A model generated the notes under the pieces. That model ran no database searches, was not told where the DNA came from, and worked only from the letters and a program-made list of their open reading frames with translations. The position numbers and the translations under genes were made by a program. DNA of 64,000 nt, taken from assembly GCA_963803435.1 (NCBI GenBank), contig CAWDML010000009.1, forward strand, positions 800,001-864,000, written 5' to 3'. This document shows positions 39,531 to 49,973 of this stretch, in pieces. The stretch comes from an uncultured delta proteobacterium (lineage in GTDB: Bacteria > Myxococcota > Kuafuiibacteriia > Kuafuiibacteriales > Kuafuiibacteriaceae). Positions within the stretch are counted from its first letter, which is position 1; the number at the start of each line of letters is the position of its first letter.

Positions 39531-41480
39531 ATGATTTTGGATCACAAAGGGCCCGAGCCACGAGAAGGGACGACCGTCGCGTCCGTACGTCCCGACAATC
39601 GGAGAGAACGCGATCACGATCTCCTGCTGCGCGAGCTCGATGCACGCGACGAAGAGCTCGAGGTTCAGCGCCGACAGCTCCGCGCGATCCTGGACTGCGT
39701 CTCGGATGCAGTGCTGATGGTCCGCGCCGGTAAGACGATCACCGCCGTCAATCGGAGCGCGGTCTCGATGTTCGGCCGTCCGGCCGATGAGCTCGTGGGA
39801 CTGGAGATCCGTGCCCTGCTCCCCGAGATCGACGTGCTCGGAGCAGCTCCTTCCCGACTGCGGGGCGTGGGGTGCGACCGCGAGAGGTTTCCGGTGGAGG
39901 TCCGCTCCGAGCGGTTCGACCTGGCGACGGCGCAGGATCGGATCGTCGTGGTCCGCGATCTGACAGAAGGGAGTCGCGTCGAGCGCCGACTCGAAGAGGC
40001 GCTCGAGCGGTTCAGGCAGATCACCGAGCAGGTCGACGACCTGTTCTTCATCGTTGAGCCCGCGACGTGGCGCCCCGTCTACCTGAGCCCGGCGTTCGAA
40101 CCTATCTGCGGTCGCGATCCGGCGGTGGCGCTCGAGCACCCCGAGGGCTGCATCGACCTGATTCACCCGCAAGACCGAGACCGCTGCCTCGACGCGCTCG
40201 AGACGTTCCGGCGCGGCGACCCCCTCGACCTGGAGTTCCGGATCGTCCGCTCCGACGGCGAGGTCCGTACGCTCCGGGCGCGCGCCCACCACGTCGCCGG
40301 CGAAGAGCGGGTCGCCGGAGTCGCGACGGACGTCACCCAGGAGCGCGCGCTCGAGCAGGATCTCCAGCAGTCGCAGCGGCTCGAGGCGATCGGCAACCTG
40401 GCCAGCGGGATCGCGCACGACTTCAACAACCTGCTCATGGGCGTGGTGGGCTTCGCGAGCATCGCGCTCCAGCGGCTGGATCCAAGCCACGGCGCCTATC
40501 CCATGGTCCGGCGGGTCGTGGAGGTGACCTCCCGCGGCAAGACGCTGACACGCCAGCTCCTCGACTTCAGCCGGAAGCGCCAACCCGAGCGAGTGTCGCT
40601 CGACATCGACGCCGTCGTCGATGCCTGCGCCCCATTGCTCGAGACGCTGGTGGGCGAGCACATCGAGGTGCTCGTCCAGACGGAAGCGCTCGGGTGTCGA
40701 GTGAAGGCCGACGTCGGCGAGATCGAGCAGATCCTGATGAACCTCGCGGCCAACTCGCGCGACTCGATGCCGGGCGGCGGAACGCTCGAGATCAGAACCA
40801 AGGAGATCGTCATCCGACCTGATGATCCATCGGGGCTCACCAAGGGCCGCTACGCGGAGCTGGTGGTTCGGGACACAGGATCCGGCATGGACGGAGCGAC
40901 AGCCAGCCGGCTCTTCGAGCCCTTCTTCACCACGAAGGCGATCGGCCGTGGAACCGGGCTCGGCCTCTTCAACGTACGCACGCTCGTCAAACGGATGGGC
41001 GGTGCCATCCGCGTCGCGAGTCGGCTCGGCGTAGGAACCACCTTCACGATCCTGATCCCAGCCGTACCCGAGACAGGCGACCTCGAGCTGCCCGCCGACA
41101 TGGTCGGCCCGAAGGAGGGGACCATCCTGGCGGTGGAGGACGACCCCCTCGTCCGCACCACCGTCGCACACTACCTCGAGAACCTCGGCTTTCGAGTCCT
41201 GGTGGCCGCCGGCCCTCGAGAGGCGGTGCGCCTGGCACAGGAATACGGCGCTTCGATCGACGTGCTCCTCACCGACATCATGATGCCGCAGCAGCTCGGC
41301 TCGGATCTGGCGCGCACCATCCAGAACGAGCACCCTCACGTGCGGGTGGCCTACATGTCCGCGCACGAACGCGAAGAGCTCCTCGAAGCGGGACGGATCG
41401 AGCCGGGCGCTCCCCTGCTGCAGAAGCCGTTCGACCAGCGCTCCCTCGCGATGCTGATGCACCGCCTGATGAAGGATTGA
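39531..41480 (+). CDS. PAS-PAS hybrid histidine kinase with REC
   Basis: PAS motifs (IHPQD), IAHDFNN, FEPFFTTK..G.GTGLGL, REC (VEDD, TDIMMP, QKP). Confidence 0.95.
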   Translation: MILDHKGPEPREGTTVASVRPDNRRERDHDLLLRELDARDEELEVQRRQLRAILDCVSDAVLMVRAGKTITAVNRSAVSMFGRPADELVGLEIRALLPEIDVLGAAPSRLRGVGCDRERFPVEVRSERFDLATAQDRIVVVRDLTEGSRVERRLEEALERFRQITEQVDDLFFIVEPATWRPVYLSPAFEPICGRDPAVALEHPEGCIDLIHPQDRDRCLDALETFRRGDPLDLEFRIVRSDGEVRTLRARAHHVAGEERVAGVATDVTQERALEQDLQQSQRLEAIGNLASGIAHDFNNLLMGVVGFASIALQRLDPSHGAYPMVRRVVEVTSRGKTLTRQLLDFSRKRQPERVSLDIDAVVDACAPLLETLVGEHIEVLVQTEALGCRVKADVGEIEQILMNLAANSRDSMPGGGTLEIRTKEIVIRPDDPSGLTKGRYAELVVRDTGSGMDGATASRLFEPFFTTKAIGRGTGLGLFNVRTLVKRMGGAIRVASRLGVGTTFTILIPAVPETGDLELPADMVGPKEGTILAVEDDPLVRTTVAHYLENLGFRVLVAAGPREAVRLAQEYGASIDVLLTDIMMPQQLGSDLARTIQNEHPHVRVAYMSAHEREELLEAGRIEPGAPLLQKPFDQRSLAMLMHRLMKD

Positions 41481-41503
41481 GGGCCGGACCCGCCACATCG
41501 GTG

Positions 41504-41532
41504 TTGACTAGGCGAAAGGGAGGTGCTAACTG
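41504..41532 (+). promoter_or_regulatory. Putative sigma-70 promoter of tRNA-Gly
   Basis: TTGACT at 41504 with a TGCTAACT -10-like element about 16-17 nt later. Confidence 0.5.
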
Positions 41533-41550
41533 GCCGAGAACATTGGCTAT

Positions 41551-41622
<72 letters not shown>

Positions 41623-41771
41623 CTCTCCCCCGTCGCCGGAGGCAGGCGATCAACCGGTTCACACCCGCCCCGCCCATCTAGGCTGCGAGTCTTCCTGGTT
41701 GGGGCGGCTGAAGCGCCGCCCCGAGGCATGCGGAGCTCGTCCAGTCGGGGCCGGGACCCATGACTGGGATC

Positions 41772-41787
41772 GGGTCTGTCGGTTGCA
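41772..41787 (+). promoter_or_regulatory. Sigma-54-like promoter
   Basis: GGGTCTGTCGGTTGCA, 14 nt before ATG 41800. Confidence 0.6.
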
Positions 41788-41799
41788 CGGTGGACGCGG

Positions 41800-42702
41800 A
41801 TGTCCACTCGCAGTCTCATCCCGCTACTCGTGGCTGTGGCGCTCGAGGTTCCATGCCTCGCAGACGCCGACGACGATCCACGCACGTTGGCTGGCCACGG
41901 CTTCACGCCCCTGCGCACCGTGGACTATCCGTTCGTGGTCACGAGCGTCGGCGGTGACACGACGGGCGGCTATCTGCGGATCCCCGTTGGGGCCCCCGAA
42001 GGCCCGACGGCCAAGCTGAGCTCGCTCCAGCTCGACTTCGAGGGTCGCTTCGCGGTCGTGGATTGGCTGGATCTCGAGGTGGGGGGGCTGGCCACGCTCG
42101 TCTCGGGCAGGAACCCGGCCGGCGTCTTCACCGTTGGTGGCGACGTTGGCTACGGCGGCCGGGCGGGGGTCACAGCTCGGATCCTCCGCGCTAAGCGCTT
42201 CTACCTGAGCGCTTCCGTCGAGGGTGAGGCTTGGCGCCTCGAGAGCGTGGTCCCGCTGCGCGCCGTGGCGGACAGGGGCTCTCAGCTGAAGGTGACCGGC
42301 GCGCTCTACCAGGGAGCGATCGCGCTGTCCGCAGCCGTCGCGCTGGACGAGCTCATCGGTGTCGAGGCGAGCGGCCGCGGGGAGGTGCGGCAGGTCCGGC
42401 TCGATGGACACGATGTCGAAGGGACTGCGTCCGGAGGGCTCGGCTTCTCCTTCGATCTGCTCCACATGGGCGTGCCGCTGTCGGTCGTCCTGGGCGGGCG
42501 TGTGTCGTACCAGATCGACCAGGTCGCGCCGGAGATGGCGGCGATCGTTCTCCAGCGCATGGACCGGGTCACCGGTGACGCTGAGCTGGGGCTCTATTAC
42601 ACGGGGCGCGAGGATCTCGAGCTCGGCCTCGTCGGCCTGGCCTCGCTCGGCGCCGACGAGAGGCGCTTCTTCTCCACGCTCAGCATCTCTTACTACTGGT
42701 GA
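41800..42702 (+). CDS. Probable outer-membrane beta-barrel protein
   Basis: Signal peptide, alternating beta-strand pattern, aromatic C-terminus SISYYW. Confidence 0.75.
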   Translation: MSTRSLIPLLVAVALEVPCLADADDDPRTLAGHGFTPLRTVDYPFVVTSVGGDTTGGYLRIPVGAPEGPTAKLSSLQLDFEGRFAVVDWLDLEVGGLATLVSGRNPAGVFTVGGDVGYGGRAGVTARILRAKRFYLSASVEGEAWRLESVVPLRAVADRGSQLKVTGALYQGAIALSAAVALDELIGVEASGRGEVRQVRLDGHDVEGTASGGLGFSFDLLHMGVPLSVVLGGRVSYQIDQVAPEMAAIVLQRMDRVTGDAELGLYYTGREDLELGLVGLASLGADERRFFSTLSISYYW

Positions 42703-42729
42703 TCGGGCGCCCGCGTCGCGCTCCTGTCG

Positions 42730-44256
42730 TCACTGTCCGGCGTGACTGGCGATCGTCGCCTTCACGCGTGCCTTGACCGCGTCGAGGTTGAACGTGGCGC
42801 CCCGCTGCATGGGTGGGAAGTCGACGAAGGTCTGGGCGAACTTCTCGATCTCATCCTGCACGAACACGAAGCGCCAGAACTCGTACATGTACCAGTCCGC
42901 CAGCTGGAGCGACTGTCCGAACGCGCTGGTCCGCTCCAGCGGATCGAGCTTGAGGTTGCACAACAGCGGCCAGTCGACGTTGACCGTGCCGCCGAGCCAG
43001 CCACCGGGCTGGTCGATGAAGCGGTACTTGTAGTCGCCGATTCGCACGGCGCCCAGCGTGCTCTCTGCGAAGTAGTAGACCTCGTTCCTCTTCGAGGGGC
43101 CCCTGCCGCTCAACAGCGCCTGCTGATCGTAGCCGTCGAGGTGCACCTTGTACTTCCGTCCGCCGAGCTCCTTGCCCGCCTCGAGCTCCTCCACGATGTT
43201 CGGATTGCCCGCCGCCGACACGAGCGTGGGGAGCCAGTCGAGGCCGGACATGATCCCATTCTCCACCTTGCCCGCCGGGATCTTGCCCGGCCAGCGCACG
43301 ATGCAGGGCGCGCGGAAGCCGCCCTCGAGCACGGTCCCTTTGGCGCCCGCGAACGGTGTCTGCCCGCCGTCCGGCCAGGTGAAATTCTCGGCGCCGTTAT
43401 CCGTGGTGAAGACGACGATGGTGTTGTCGACCAGGCCGTCCTTTTCGAGCTTCGCCATCACGTCGCCCACGATGTCGTCGAGCTGCGCCATGCCCGCCTC
43501 GTACGTCGACCAGCCGTTCTCGGGCGTCCTCATCTTCTGGTACTTCTCGGACAGGTGCGTCACCACGTGCATGCGCGTGGGGTTGAGGTAACAGAAGAAA
43601 GGCTTCCCGTCGGCGCGAGCCTTGTCGATGAACTTCATCGCGGTGGCGAGGATCTCGTCGTCCACGGTCTCCATGCGCTTCGGATCGAGCGTCCCCGAGT
43701 CCTCGATCTGCTGCTTGCCGATCTTGCCCCAGCGCGGATCCACGGTCGCGTCGTCGCGGTCGGAAGCCCAGCAGTGGAGCATGTTGCGGGGTCCGACGCG
43801 CTCGACCAGCTCCTTGGGGAAGGTGGGGTGGAAGGGGTCCTCCATCGCATCGAGGTGGTACAGATAGCCGAAGAACTCGTCGAACCCGTGCACGGTCGGG
43901 AGGTACTCGTTGCGGTCGCCCAGGTGATTCTTGCCGAACTGACCCGTGGCATAGCCCAGGTCCTTGAGCGCCGCCCCGATGGTGGGCGCGTCGTCTGGAA
44001 TGCCGAGGGGCGCGCCCGCCTGGCCGACCGTCGTCAGTCCCGTGCGGATGGGGAGCTCACCGGTGATGAACGCAGCGCGTCCGGCCGTGCAGCTTGCCTC
44101 CGCATAGTAGTCGGTGAACATCATGCCCTGCGAGGCGAGCTTGTCGAGATTGGGCGTGCGCCCCGACATGAGCCCCCGGTGGTAGGCACCGATGTTGAGC
44201 CAACCGATGTCGTCTCCCATGATGAAGACGATGTTGGGTTTGTTTTTGTCTGCCAT
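42730..44256 (-). CDS. Cys-type arylsulfatase, no signal peptide
   Basis: KPNIVFIMGDD.G, SCTAGRAAFITG, FGKNHLG, TTDNG, EGGFR.P. Confidence 0.96.
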   Translation of the reverse strand: MADKNKPNIVFIMGDDIGWLNIGAYHRGLMSGRTPNLDKLASQGMMFTDYYAEASCTAGRAAFITGELPIRTGLTTVGQAGAPLGIPDDAPTIGAALKDLGYATGQFGKNHLGDRNEYLPTVHGFDEFFGYLYHLDAMEDPFHPTFPKELVERVGPRNMLHCWASDRDDATVDPRWGKIGKQQIEDSGTLDPKRMETVDDEILATAMKFIDKARADGKPFFCYLNPTRMHVVTHLSEKYQKMRTPENGWSTYEAGMAQLDDIVGDVMAKLEKDGLVDNTIVVFTTDNGAENFTWPDGGQTPFAGAKGTVLEGGFRAPCIVRWPGKIPAGKVENGIMSGLDWLPTLVSAAGNPNIVEELEAGKELGGRKYKVHLDGYDQQALLSGRGPSKRNEVYYFAESTLGAVRIGDYKYRFIDQPGGWLGGTVNVDWPLLCNLKLDPLERTSAFGQSLQLADWYMYEFWRFVFVQDEIEKFAQTFVDFPPMQRGATFNLDAVKARVKATIASHAGQ

Positions 44257-44354
44257 GTCTTCTCCTCACCGCTTCTCGAAGCGGTCGATCCGTCGCCAGT
44301 CCTTTTTCATGGCCGTAGGCCATTCGAGCATCTCTCGGTCGAGGGGGCTCACCA

Positions 44355-45551
44355 TCACACCGGGCGGTCCTCGGAGCGGACGACCGACATGACGTGCGCG
44401 GCGGGCAGACCGCGACGGATGAGCTCTGCGATCGCCCGCATCGGTCGATCGATGTGCAGGAAGAACCTCCGATAGCCGGCGCAGAGGTAGTTGAGCCCGG
44501 GCTCCCCGTCGGGTGTGGTGATGAAGCGGTTCTTGGGGCACTCGCCGTGACAGGCGAAGCGGACGGGACACTCGCGGCAATAGCGCGGCAGGCGCTCGAG
44601 CTTGTCCTTGCCGAACTGCTGCTGCTCCTCGGAGGCGACCAGCGGGAGCAGATTCTTGGTGCCGATGTTGCCGAGTCTGTGCTTCGGCGCCACGAAGTGA
44701 TCGCACGAGTAGAGGTCGCCGTTGTGCTCGAGCGCGAGCGCGCCGCCGCAGGTCCTGTTGAACACGCACATGCCCGAGGAGGGGAGACCCAGCCAATTGC
44801 GCGCGGCCGCCTCGAAGGTCTGCACATAGACGCGGCCGACGTCGTTCCGCACCCACTCCTCGAAGATGGTGATGAGGAACGCTCCGAACTGCTCTGCCCC
44901 CACGGATAGCTCCGACACGTCCCGGGAGAGGGGCACCCGCTCGACCACCGGGATGAACTGGATCCAGGTGGTCGCCACCTCGTCGCGCAGGAAGCGGTAC
45001 ACCGCGAGCGGATGATCGCCGTTGGTGCGGTTGACTGTGGTCAGCACGTTGAAGTCGACGCCGTGCTTCTGGAGCAGCCGAAGACCGCGCATGACCCGAT
45101 CGAAGGTCGGCTGCCGCTTCTTGTCGACGCGGTGCGCGTCGTGGAGCTCGCGAGGTCCATCGATGCTGATGCCTACGAGAAAATCGTTCTCACGAAAGAA
45201 CTCGCACCACTCGTCGGTCAGCAGCGTTCCGTTCGTCTGGATCGTGTTCTCGACGGTCACGCCTGGGCGTCGGTGCCGCGCCACACGGGCCGCGGCCCTG
45301 CGAAAAAACTCGAGCCCCATGAGCGTGGGTTCGCCGCCCTGCCAGGCGACGGTGACGCGATCGCTCCGGTGGGCCTCCAGGAGCTGCCGGATGTAGGCGT
45401 CCAATACTTCATCGCTCATCCGGAACTTGCTGCCTGGATAGAGATCCTCTTTGTCGAGATAGAAGCAGTAGGTGCAGTCCAGGTTGCAGATTGCGCCCGT
45501 CGGCTTGGCCATGACATGAAAGCGCGGCGGCGCGGCTGGTCTCGCGGTCAT
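44355..45551 (-). CDS. Anaerobic sulfatase-maturating radical SAM/SPASM enzyme
   Basis: CNLDCTYC, WQGGEPTL, QTNG, YSCDH, CRECP....C.GECP...NYLC. Confidence 0.96.
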   Translation of the reverse strand: MTARPAAPPRFHVMAKPTGAICNLDCTYCFYLDKEDLYPGSKFRMSDEVLDAYIRQLLEAHRSDRVTVAWQGGEPTLMGLEFFRRAAARVARHRRPGVTVENTIQTNGTLLTDEWCEFFRENDFLVGISIDGPRELHDAHRVDKKRQPTFDRVMRGLRLLQKHGVDFNVLTTVNRTNGDHPLAVYRFLRDEVATTWIQFIPVVERVPLSRDVSELSVGAEQFGAFLITIFEEWVRNDVGRVYVQTFEAAARNWLGLPSSGMCVFNRTCGGALALEHNGDLYSCDHFVAPKHRLGNIGTKNLLPLVASEEQQQFGKDKLERLPRYCRECPVRFACHGECPKNRFITTPDGEPGLNYLCAGYRRFFLHIDRPMRAIAELIRRGLPAAHVMSVVRSEDRPV

Positions 45552-45565
45552 CAGGGCGATCGGGA

Positions 45566-45581
45566 AGCAACTGCCAGACCA
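45566..45581 (-). promoter_or_regulatory. Sigma-54 promoter
   Basis: TGGTCTGGCAGTTGCT, 16 nt before ATG 45551. Confidence 0.7.
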
Positions 45582-45658
45582 TGCTCGGAGATGCTGCTGC
45601 CATGCAGTTCGGGCGGTCGCTGTCGGCGATGTCGGCGACGTCCGACTGTGAGCGCGGG

Positions 45659-47176
45659 TCAGGCCCGGCGGCGCATCGCGCGCATGTCGGGGAGGTCGGT
45701 GCCGGCGGTGTCGACGCCGAGGGTGTGGAGCACGCCGGCGTAGATCTCCTTCTCCTGCATGGTGCGTCCCGGGTCGGGCGCGCCGGTGGTGGGGTCGAAG
45801 CCGTAGGTCATCGCGGTATCGGGGTTGACGCCACCGAGGACGCGGTCGCCGTTGGCCTGAGGCGAGAGGATCACGACGCCGTTGTTGAGGTCGTGGCTGG
45901 TGCCGAACTCCTCGGCGCCGGGCGCGCGCTTCTTGGTGCGTCCGAAGTCGGTGGCGATGTAGATGAGGGAGCGATCCCAGAGGCTCTCGCCGTTGCGGTA
46001 CTCCTCGGCCTTGAGCAGGTCGATGAGACCGTCCGCGACCAGCAGCAGCTGGTTCCAGCCGACGGCCTGGGCCGAGCGGTGGTAGCCGTGGGAGACGTCG
46101 AAGCCGAGGGGCGCGTCGACGCCGGGCTCGCCTTCGAGCGCGCGCGTGATCAGCTCTCCGGTGACCTCCCCGATGAAGGCGCGGGTTCCGAGGGTGACGG
46201 AGACCGAGACGCCCGTTTTGATGAGGAGGTAAGCGAGCGCCGCCTGGGCGTGGAGCGGGTTGATCTCGTAGAGCGGGAAGCGCTCGCGGACGCGGGCGGC
46301 GTGCTCGGACTCCTGGAGGCCGTTGGCGGCCAGCGGGAACTTGGGGCTGTCCGCGCGCACCATCAGCTTGGTGATCAGATCGGCCGTCTCGAGCTGCCGC
46401 TGGGTGCGGCGGAGGCGGATCCAGCGCTCGAGATCCTCGTTGCCCGCGAAGATGCGCCGGAAGATGGAGGCGGGTTCGAGGCCCTGATCGCGGAGGTTGC
46501 GCGCCTTCTCGATGAGGGCCTGATCCGGGCCGGCGATGCCCTTCGAGCCGTGGAGCGACAGCGGCCAGGTCGAGGGCGAGACGACCGGCTCGGGGAAGCA
46601 GCTCGCTGGAATCGTGCGATCGTGCCCGGGCGTCATGAAGGTGGAGCCGACCGCCATGTTGACGTTCGGGAGCGCCAGGCCGTCGCCGTAGGCCGTCGCG
46701 ACCGCCTCCTGGAGGGTGCGGCCGGCCCAGGCGTCGTTCCCGGTGATCGAGCGCTTCTGCGCCACGTCGTGGTTGACGCTGGTGCAGGTGAGCGTGGCGA
46801 CCATCAGGTCCTGGTGGTGCTTGCGCACGAACTCGAGCTGGTCGGTGTGAAGCGGGAAGGGCGTCGGGCCGGTCTGGTCGGCCTGGAGGTTGACGGCGCG
46901 AAACGGCGAGCCCTCGACCTGGTGCACCACGGCGTCGGGGAAGCAGTTGAGCGTCGCCGGCGTGCGGCTCTCGGACTCGCGGATGGCGAGGAAGCTGTCG
47001 ATGATCGAGGCGCCGCCAGCGGCGCCGAGCACGATCAGGAAGCGGCGCTCGGGGGGCTCCTCGACGGCGCGCGCGCTCCTGCCCAGGAGCGCCGACGCGC
47101 CGAGCGTCGCCGCGGACATTCCCATCAGCACCTGTCTGCGATTGAAGGTTCTTCGAATCTGCATCTCGATCTCCAT
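45659..47176 (-). CDS. Tat-exported DUF1501-like protein
   Basis: NRRQVLMG Tat motif; GG...D, GFD.SH, TDFGRT, HD motifs. Confidence 0.85.
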   Translation of the reverse strand: MEIEMQIRRTFNRRQVLMGMSAATLGASALLGRSARAVEEPPERRFLIVLGAAGGASIIDSFLAIRESESRTPATLNCFPDAVVHQVEGSPFRAVNLQADQTGPTPFPLHTDQLEFVRKHHQDLMVATLTCTSVNHDVAQKRSITGNDAWAGRTLQEAVATAYGDGLALPNVNMAVGSTFMTPGHDRTIPASCFPEPVVSPSTWPLSLHGSKGIAGPDQALIEKARNLRDQGLEPASIFRRIFAGNEDLERWIRLRRTQRQLETADLITKLMVRADSPKFPLAANGLQESEHAARVRERFPLYEINPLHAQAALAYLLIKTGVSVSVTLGTRAFIGEVTGELITRALEGEPGVDAPLGFDVSHGYHRSAQAVGWNQLLLVADGLIDLLKAEEYRNGESLWDRSLIYIATDFGRTKKRAPGAEEFGTSHDLNNGVVILSPQANGDRVLGGVNPDTAMTYGFDPTTGAPDPGRTMQEKEIYAGVLHTLGVDTAGTDLPDMRAMRRRA

Positions 47177-47776
47177 TCAGTAGAAGAGCGCTTCCACGCT
47201 GGTACCCACGGCGAAGCAGGCCAGCACCGCCCAGTCGCGCTCCGGCTCGGGGCTCGTCTTTGCCACCTCGTCGAAGAACGAGAGGAGCGCCTCGGTCTCG
47301 GAGGACGCGGCGTCACGCCCGAGCAGCCGGCGATAGAGCGAGGCCGCCACCCGCAGGCGCGCCTCGGGCTCGTGGTCGCCGGCGAGCGGACCGAAGATCC
47401 GGGCCTCGGCGGGCTGCTCGAGGTCTCGGGTCACCGCACGGCCGCAGGCGCTCAACACCACGCGTTCGACCGCCATCAAGGAGGTCACCGGGATCGTCTC
47501 CAGCGGACGGTTGAAGCGGAGCTGGTACGGCTCGATGCCGCCGAGGGCGATCCGGTGGGCGTCGTTGATGCAGTCGTACTGTCCGAGCTCCTGGCACAGC
47601 CCGTCGGGAGGCAGACCGAGCGCGCGCGAGAGGTCGGTCCCGAGCCGGCGCCCGCCCTTGAACTTCACCCTCGGGCTCTTCGAGGGTACGAGCAGCGGGG
47701 GCTCCGCAGCCGGCGGCCCCTCGGGCGGGCCCTGGTCGCAGCCGATCAAGGCCGCGAGCAAGGCAGCCTGCATCCA
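47177..47776 (-). CDS. Hypothetical lipoprotein of the DUF1501 cluster
   Basis: Lipobox LIGC; C.ELG.YDC, RLLGR...SE, ACFAV.TS.E..FY. Start 47776 or 47806. Confidence 0.8.
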   Translation of the reverse strand, partial: WMQAALLAALIGCDQGPPEGPPAAEPPLLVPSKSPRVKFKGGRRLGTDLSRALGLPPDGLCQELGQYDCINDAHRIALGGIEPYQLRFNRPLETIPVTSLMAVERVVLSACGRAVTRDLEQPAEARIFGPLAGDHEPEARLRVAASLYRRLLGRDAASSETEALLSFFDEVAKTSPEPERDWAVLACFAVGTSVEALFY

Positions 47777-47795
47777 TGGTCTCTGTCTGCGTCGC

Positions 47796-49322
47796 TCAAG
47801 GAACACCGTAGGCCTCCGTTCTGATCAGGTCGTGGAGCATCCGTTCCACCCCGTAGGCGTGCTCGTCGGGGAAGCGCTTCCAGAGCTGGTCGAACTCGGG
47901 GAGCTCGGCGGGGTCGGGCGGGCTGCCCAGCGCATAGCGCCAGTACTCGAGCACGGTGGCCCGGGCGAACGCGCTGCTGTCCGCGGCCACCCGGGCCCAC
48001 TCGCGGAGATCGTTGACCGGCTGGCCGAAGATGGATCCCGAGGCGGGCGCCCCCACCACGGTCGATACTTCCAGCCCGGCGGCCGCGATCTGCTCCAGCC
48101 GATCCGGGAGATAGGTCAGCGTCGCGCCGGTGTCGCCGTAGAGCGCGTCGAAGCCGGAGGCGCCGTCGGAGATGCCGTTCTCGCCGATGTTGGACAGCGC
48201 CAGCAAGATCCCCTCGTACCGGCTGAAGGGATACGCGAGCGGATCCAGCGTGGAGTGGCAGTCGCGGCAACCTTGGCCGCCGACGCCGCGGTCGTCGTAG
48301 TCGACCGGCTCACCTGCGACGGGGTAGAGCCCTTCGAGCTTGGCGATGTCGAGGCCGAGGTACGAGCGGTACATCTGAGCCGCGGTCGTGCGCGGCATGG
48401 TGCTGAACATCGTGTGATAGAAGAGCGTCCACCGCGTGGTGAGCATGCCGGCGCGCCGATCGGTGTCGACCAGCTGAGCGCGATCGATCCCTCGGGCAGC
48501 GACGTCCTCCTCGCTGGTTCGATCCTCCCTGACGTAACGGATCGGAGGACCGGGGTCGTAGCGGACGATGAACTGCGCGGTGAGGACCTCGCGTGCGTCG
48601 TGGTTGTCGGTCTGGGCGTAGGCGTAGAGGTTGTAGTCGTCGTAGTAGTCGGCGATCGCGAACAGGCCCTGATCCTCGCCGGACTTCACGATGCCGAGCG
48701 GCGTGATCTTCGGGCTCGCCAGGATCCAGAGCACGCCGTCGCGGCCGCGCCAGAAGTCGGACAGTAGGCAGGTGTCGAGGGCGCGATCGATCGCCGCCAT
48801 CGGGTCCGAGTCCTCGGCGAAGGCGCGCATCTCGTCGAGGTCGGGCGTGTAGCCGCAGAAGTCCTGGTGGACCTTCCGGAACACGTAGCTCGGCTGGTAG
48901 CGGCAGGTGTCGTAGCCGCCGTTGGCCTCGGCGGACTCGGGACATCGAGTCGCCGGGGTGTCCCCGGGTGTGCTCTTCGGATCGCCGGGGAGGCTCCCGG
49001 CGCGGATCTCGTCGACGTTGGGGAAGCCGTCCTGATCGGCGTCGTCCAGCTCGATGGCCAGGAGCGCCGCGAGCAGCTCTCGCTCGAAGGTGGCGTCGTC
49101 CAGCGGCCGCCTCAGCCCGTCGGTGAAGCGCTCCTCGATCGCGACGCCGAACGCGTTGTGGGCGGGCGGGGTGGTGTGGCAGTACGTGCAGTCCGGTGCG
49201 ATCCCTGAGGCGCACGCGTCCGGGTAGGCTTCGCAGAAGATCTCCGGCGCGATCGGCATTGCGCCCGCGGGGGGCGCGTAGGCGAGGACGGCGGCGGCGA
49301 TCACCGACGAGGTGATTCTCAT
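47796..49322 (-). CDS. Exported protein with two CxxCH motifs (DUF1588/1592-like cluster partner)
   Basis: Signal peptide, CTYCH, DADQDGFPN.DE Ca-binding-like loop, AGMLTT, CRDCH..LDP. Confidence 0.85.
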   Translation of the reverse strand: MRITSSVIAAAVLAYAPPAGAMPIAPEIFCEAYPDACASGIAPDCTYCHTTPPAHNAFGVAIEERFTDGLRRPLDDATFERELLAALLAIELDDADQDGFPNVDEIRAGSLPGDPKSTPGDTPATRCPESAEANGGYDTCRYQPSYVFRKVHQDFCGYTPDLDEMRAFAEDSDPMAAIDRALDTCLLSDFWRGRDGVLWILASPKITPLGIVKSGEDQGLFAIADYYDDYNLYAYAQTDNHDAREVLTAQFIVRYDPGPPIRYVREDRTSEEDVAARGIDRAQLVDTDRRAGMLTTRWTLFYHTMFSTMPRTTAAQMYRSYLGLDIAKLEGLYPVAGEPVDYDDRGVGGQGCRDCHSTLDPLAYPFSRYEGILLALSNIGENGISDGASGFDALYGDTGATLTYLPDRLEQIAAAGLEVSTVVGAPASGSIFGQPVNDLREWARVAADSSAFARATVLEYWRYALGSPPDPAELPEFDQLWKRFPDEHAYGVERMLHDLIRTEAYGVP

Positions 49323-49430
49323 GCGCGCCGCGACCTGCAGCGGCCGTGCCGCCCCGTCATCGTCCGCCGGTCGTGTCCGCGCCGGGGCCGGCACGGCCCA
49401 GGTGGGACATCGACAGCCCAGGGTCGGGGG

Positions 49431-49973
49431 TCAGCTTCGCGCGGTGAGGTCTCCGGAGAGGCGGCGGGCCCTCTCGATGTAGTCGAGCTCTGGAAAATCT
49501 GCCCGGAGGTACGCGTTGCCCTCGCGATGGATCCGGCCCTGCTGGGGGCCCCTGCCGCCGGGCGGGCCGTCGCCGTAGCCGGAGTAGAGGAGGTCGGCGA
49601 CGGCCAGGTCGCGCACCCGGCCGAATGGGGTGAAGCCCATGAGATCGAGCCGCACGTTGTCGGCGAGGTTGATGAAGAACTGCGTGGTGCGGGCGTGGGC
49701 GCCGGAGGTGGCGAAGGTGACGGTGCCGCGCGTGTTGCTCTGTGCCTTCGGATCGTCGCGGATACGCCGGTCGCGCCAGAGCTTGTTGAGCGCCGGATCG
49801 CCTGACAAGCCGGCTTGCGCGACGAAGCCTGCCACCACACGGAAGAACGCGACGTCGTCGAAGAAGTGCGCGGTGACCAGCTCCTCGAAGCGGGCGGCGC
49901 CGAGCGGGGACCAGCCGGGCTCGACGTCGACGAGGACGACGCCCTTGGTGGTGACGAGCTCGACTGCGTACAT
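49431..49973 (-). CDS. Cyclophilin-type peptidyl-prolyl isomerase
   Basis: FFRVV.GFVAQ.G, N.RGT..FA, RTTQFFINL.DN..LD..GF.PFG.V. Confidence 0.93.
   Translation of the reverse strand: MYAVELVTTKGVVLVDVEPGWSPLGAARFEELVTAHFFDDVAFFRVVAGFVAQAGLSGDPALNKLWRDRRIRDDPKAQSNTRGTVTFATSGAHARTTQFFINLADNVRLDLMGFTPFGRVRDLAVADLLYSGYGDGPPGGRGPQQGRIHREGNAYLRADFPELDYIERARRLSGDLTARS

Noticed and set aside
44355-45551. RiPP-modifying SPASM enzyme
   Set aside because: Typical sulfatase-maturase motifs, an adjacent sulfatase substrate and no precursor peptide.
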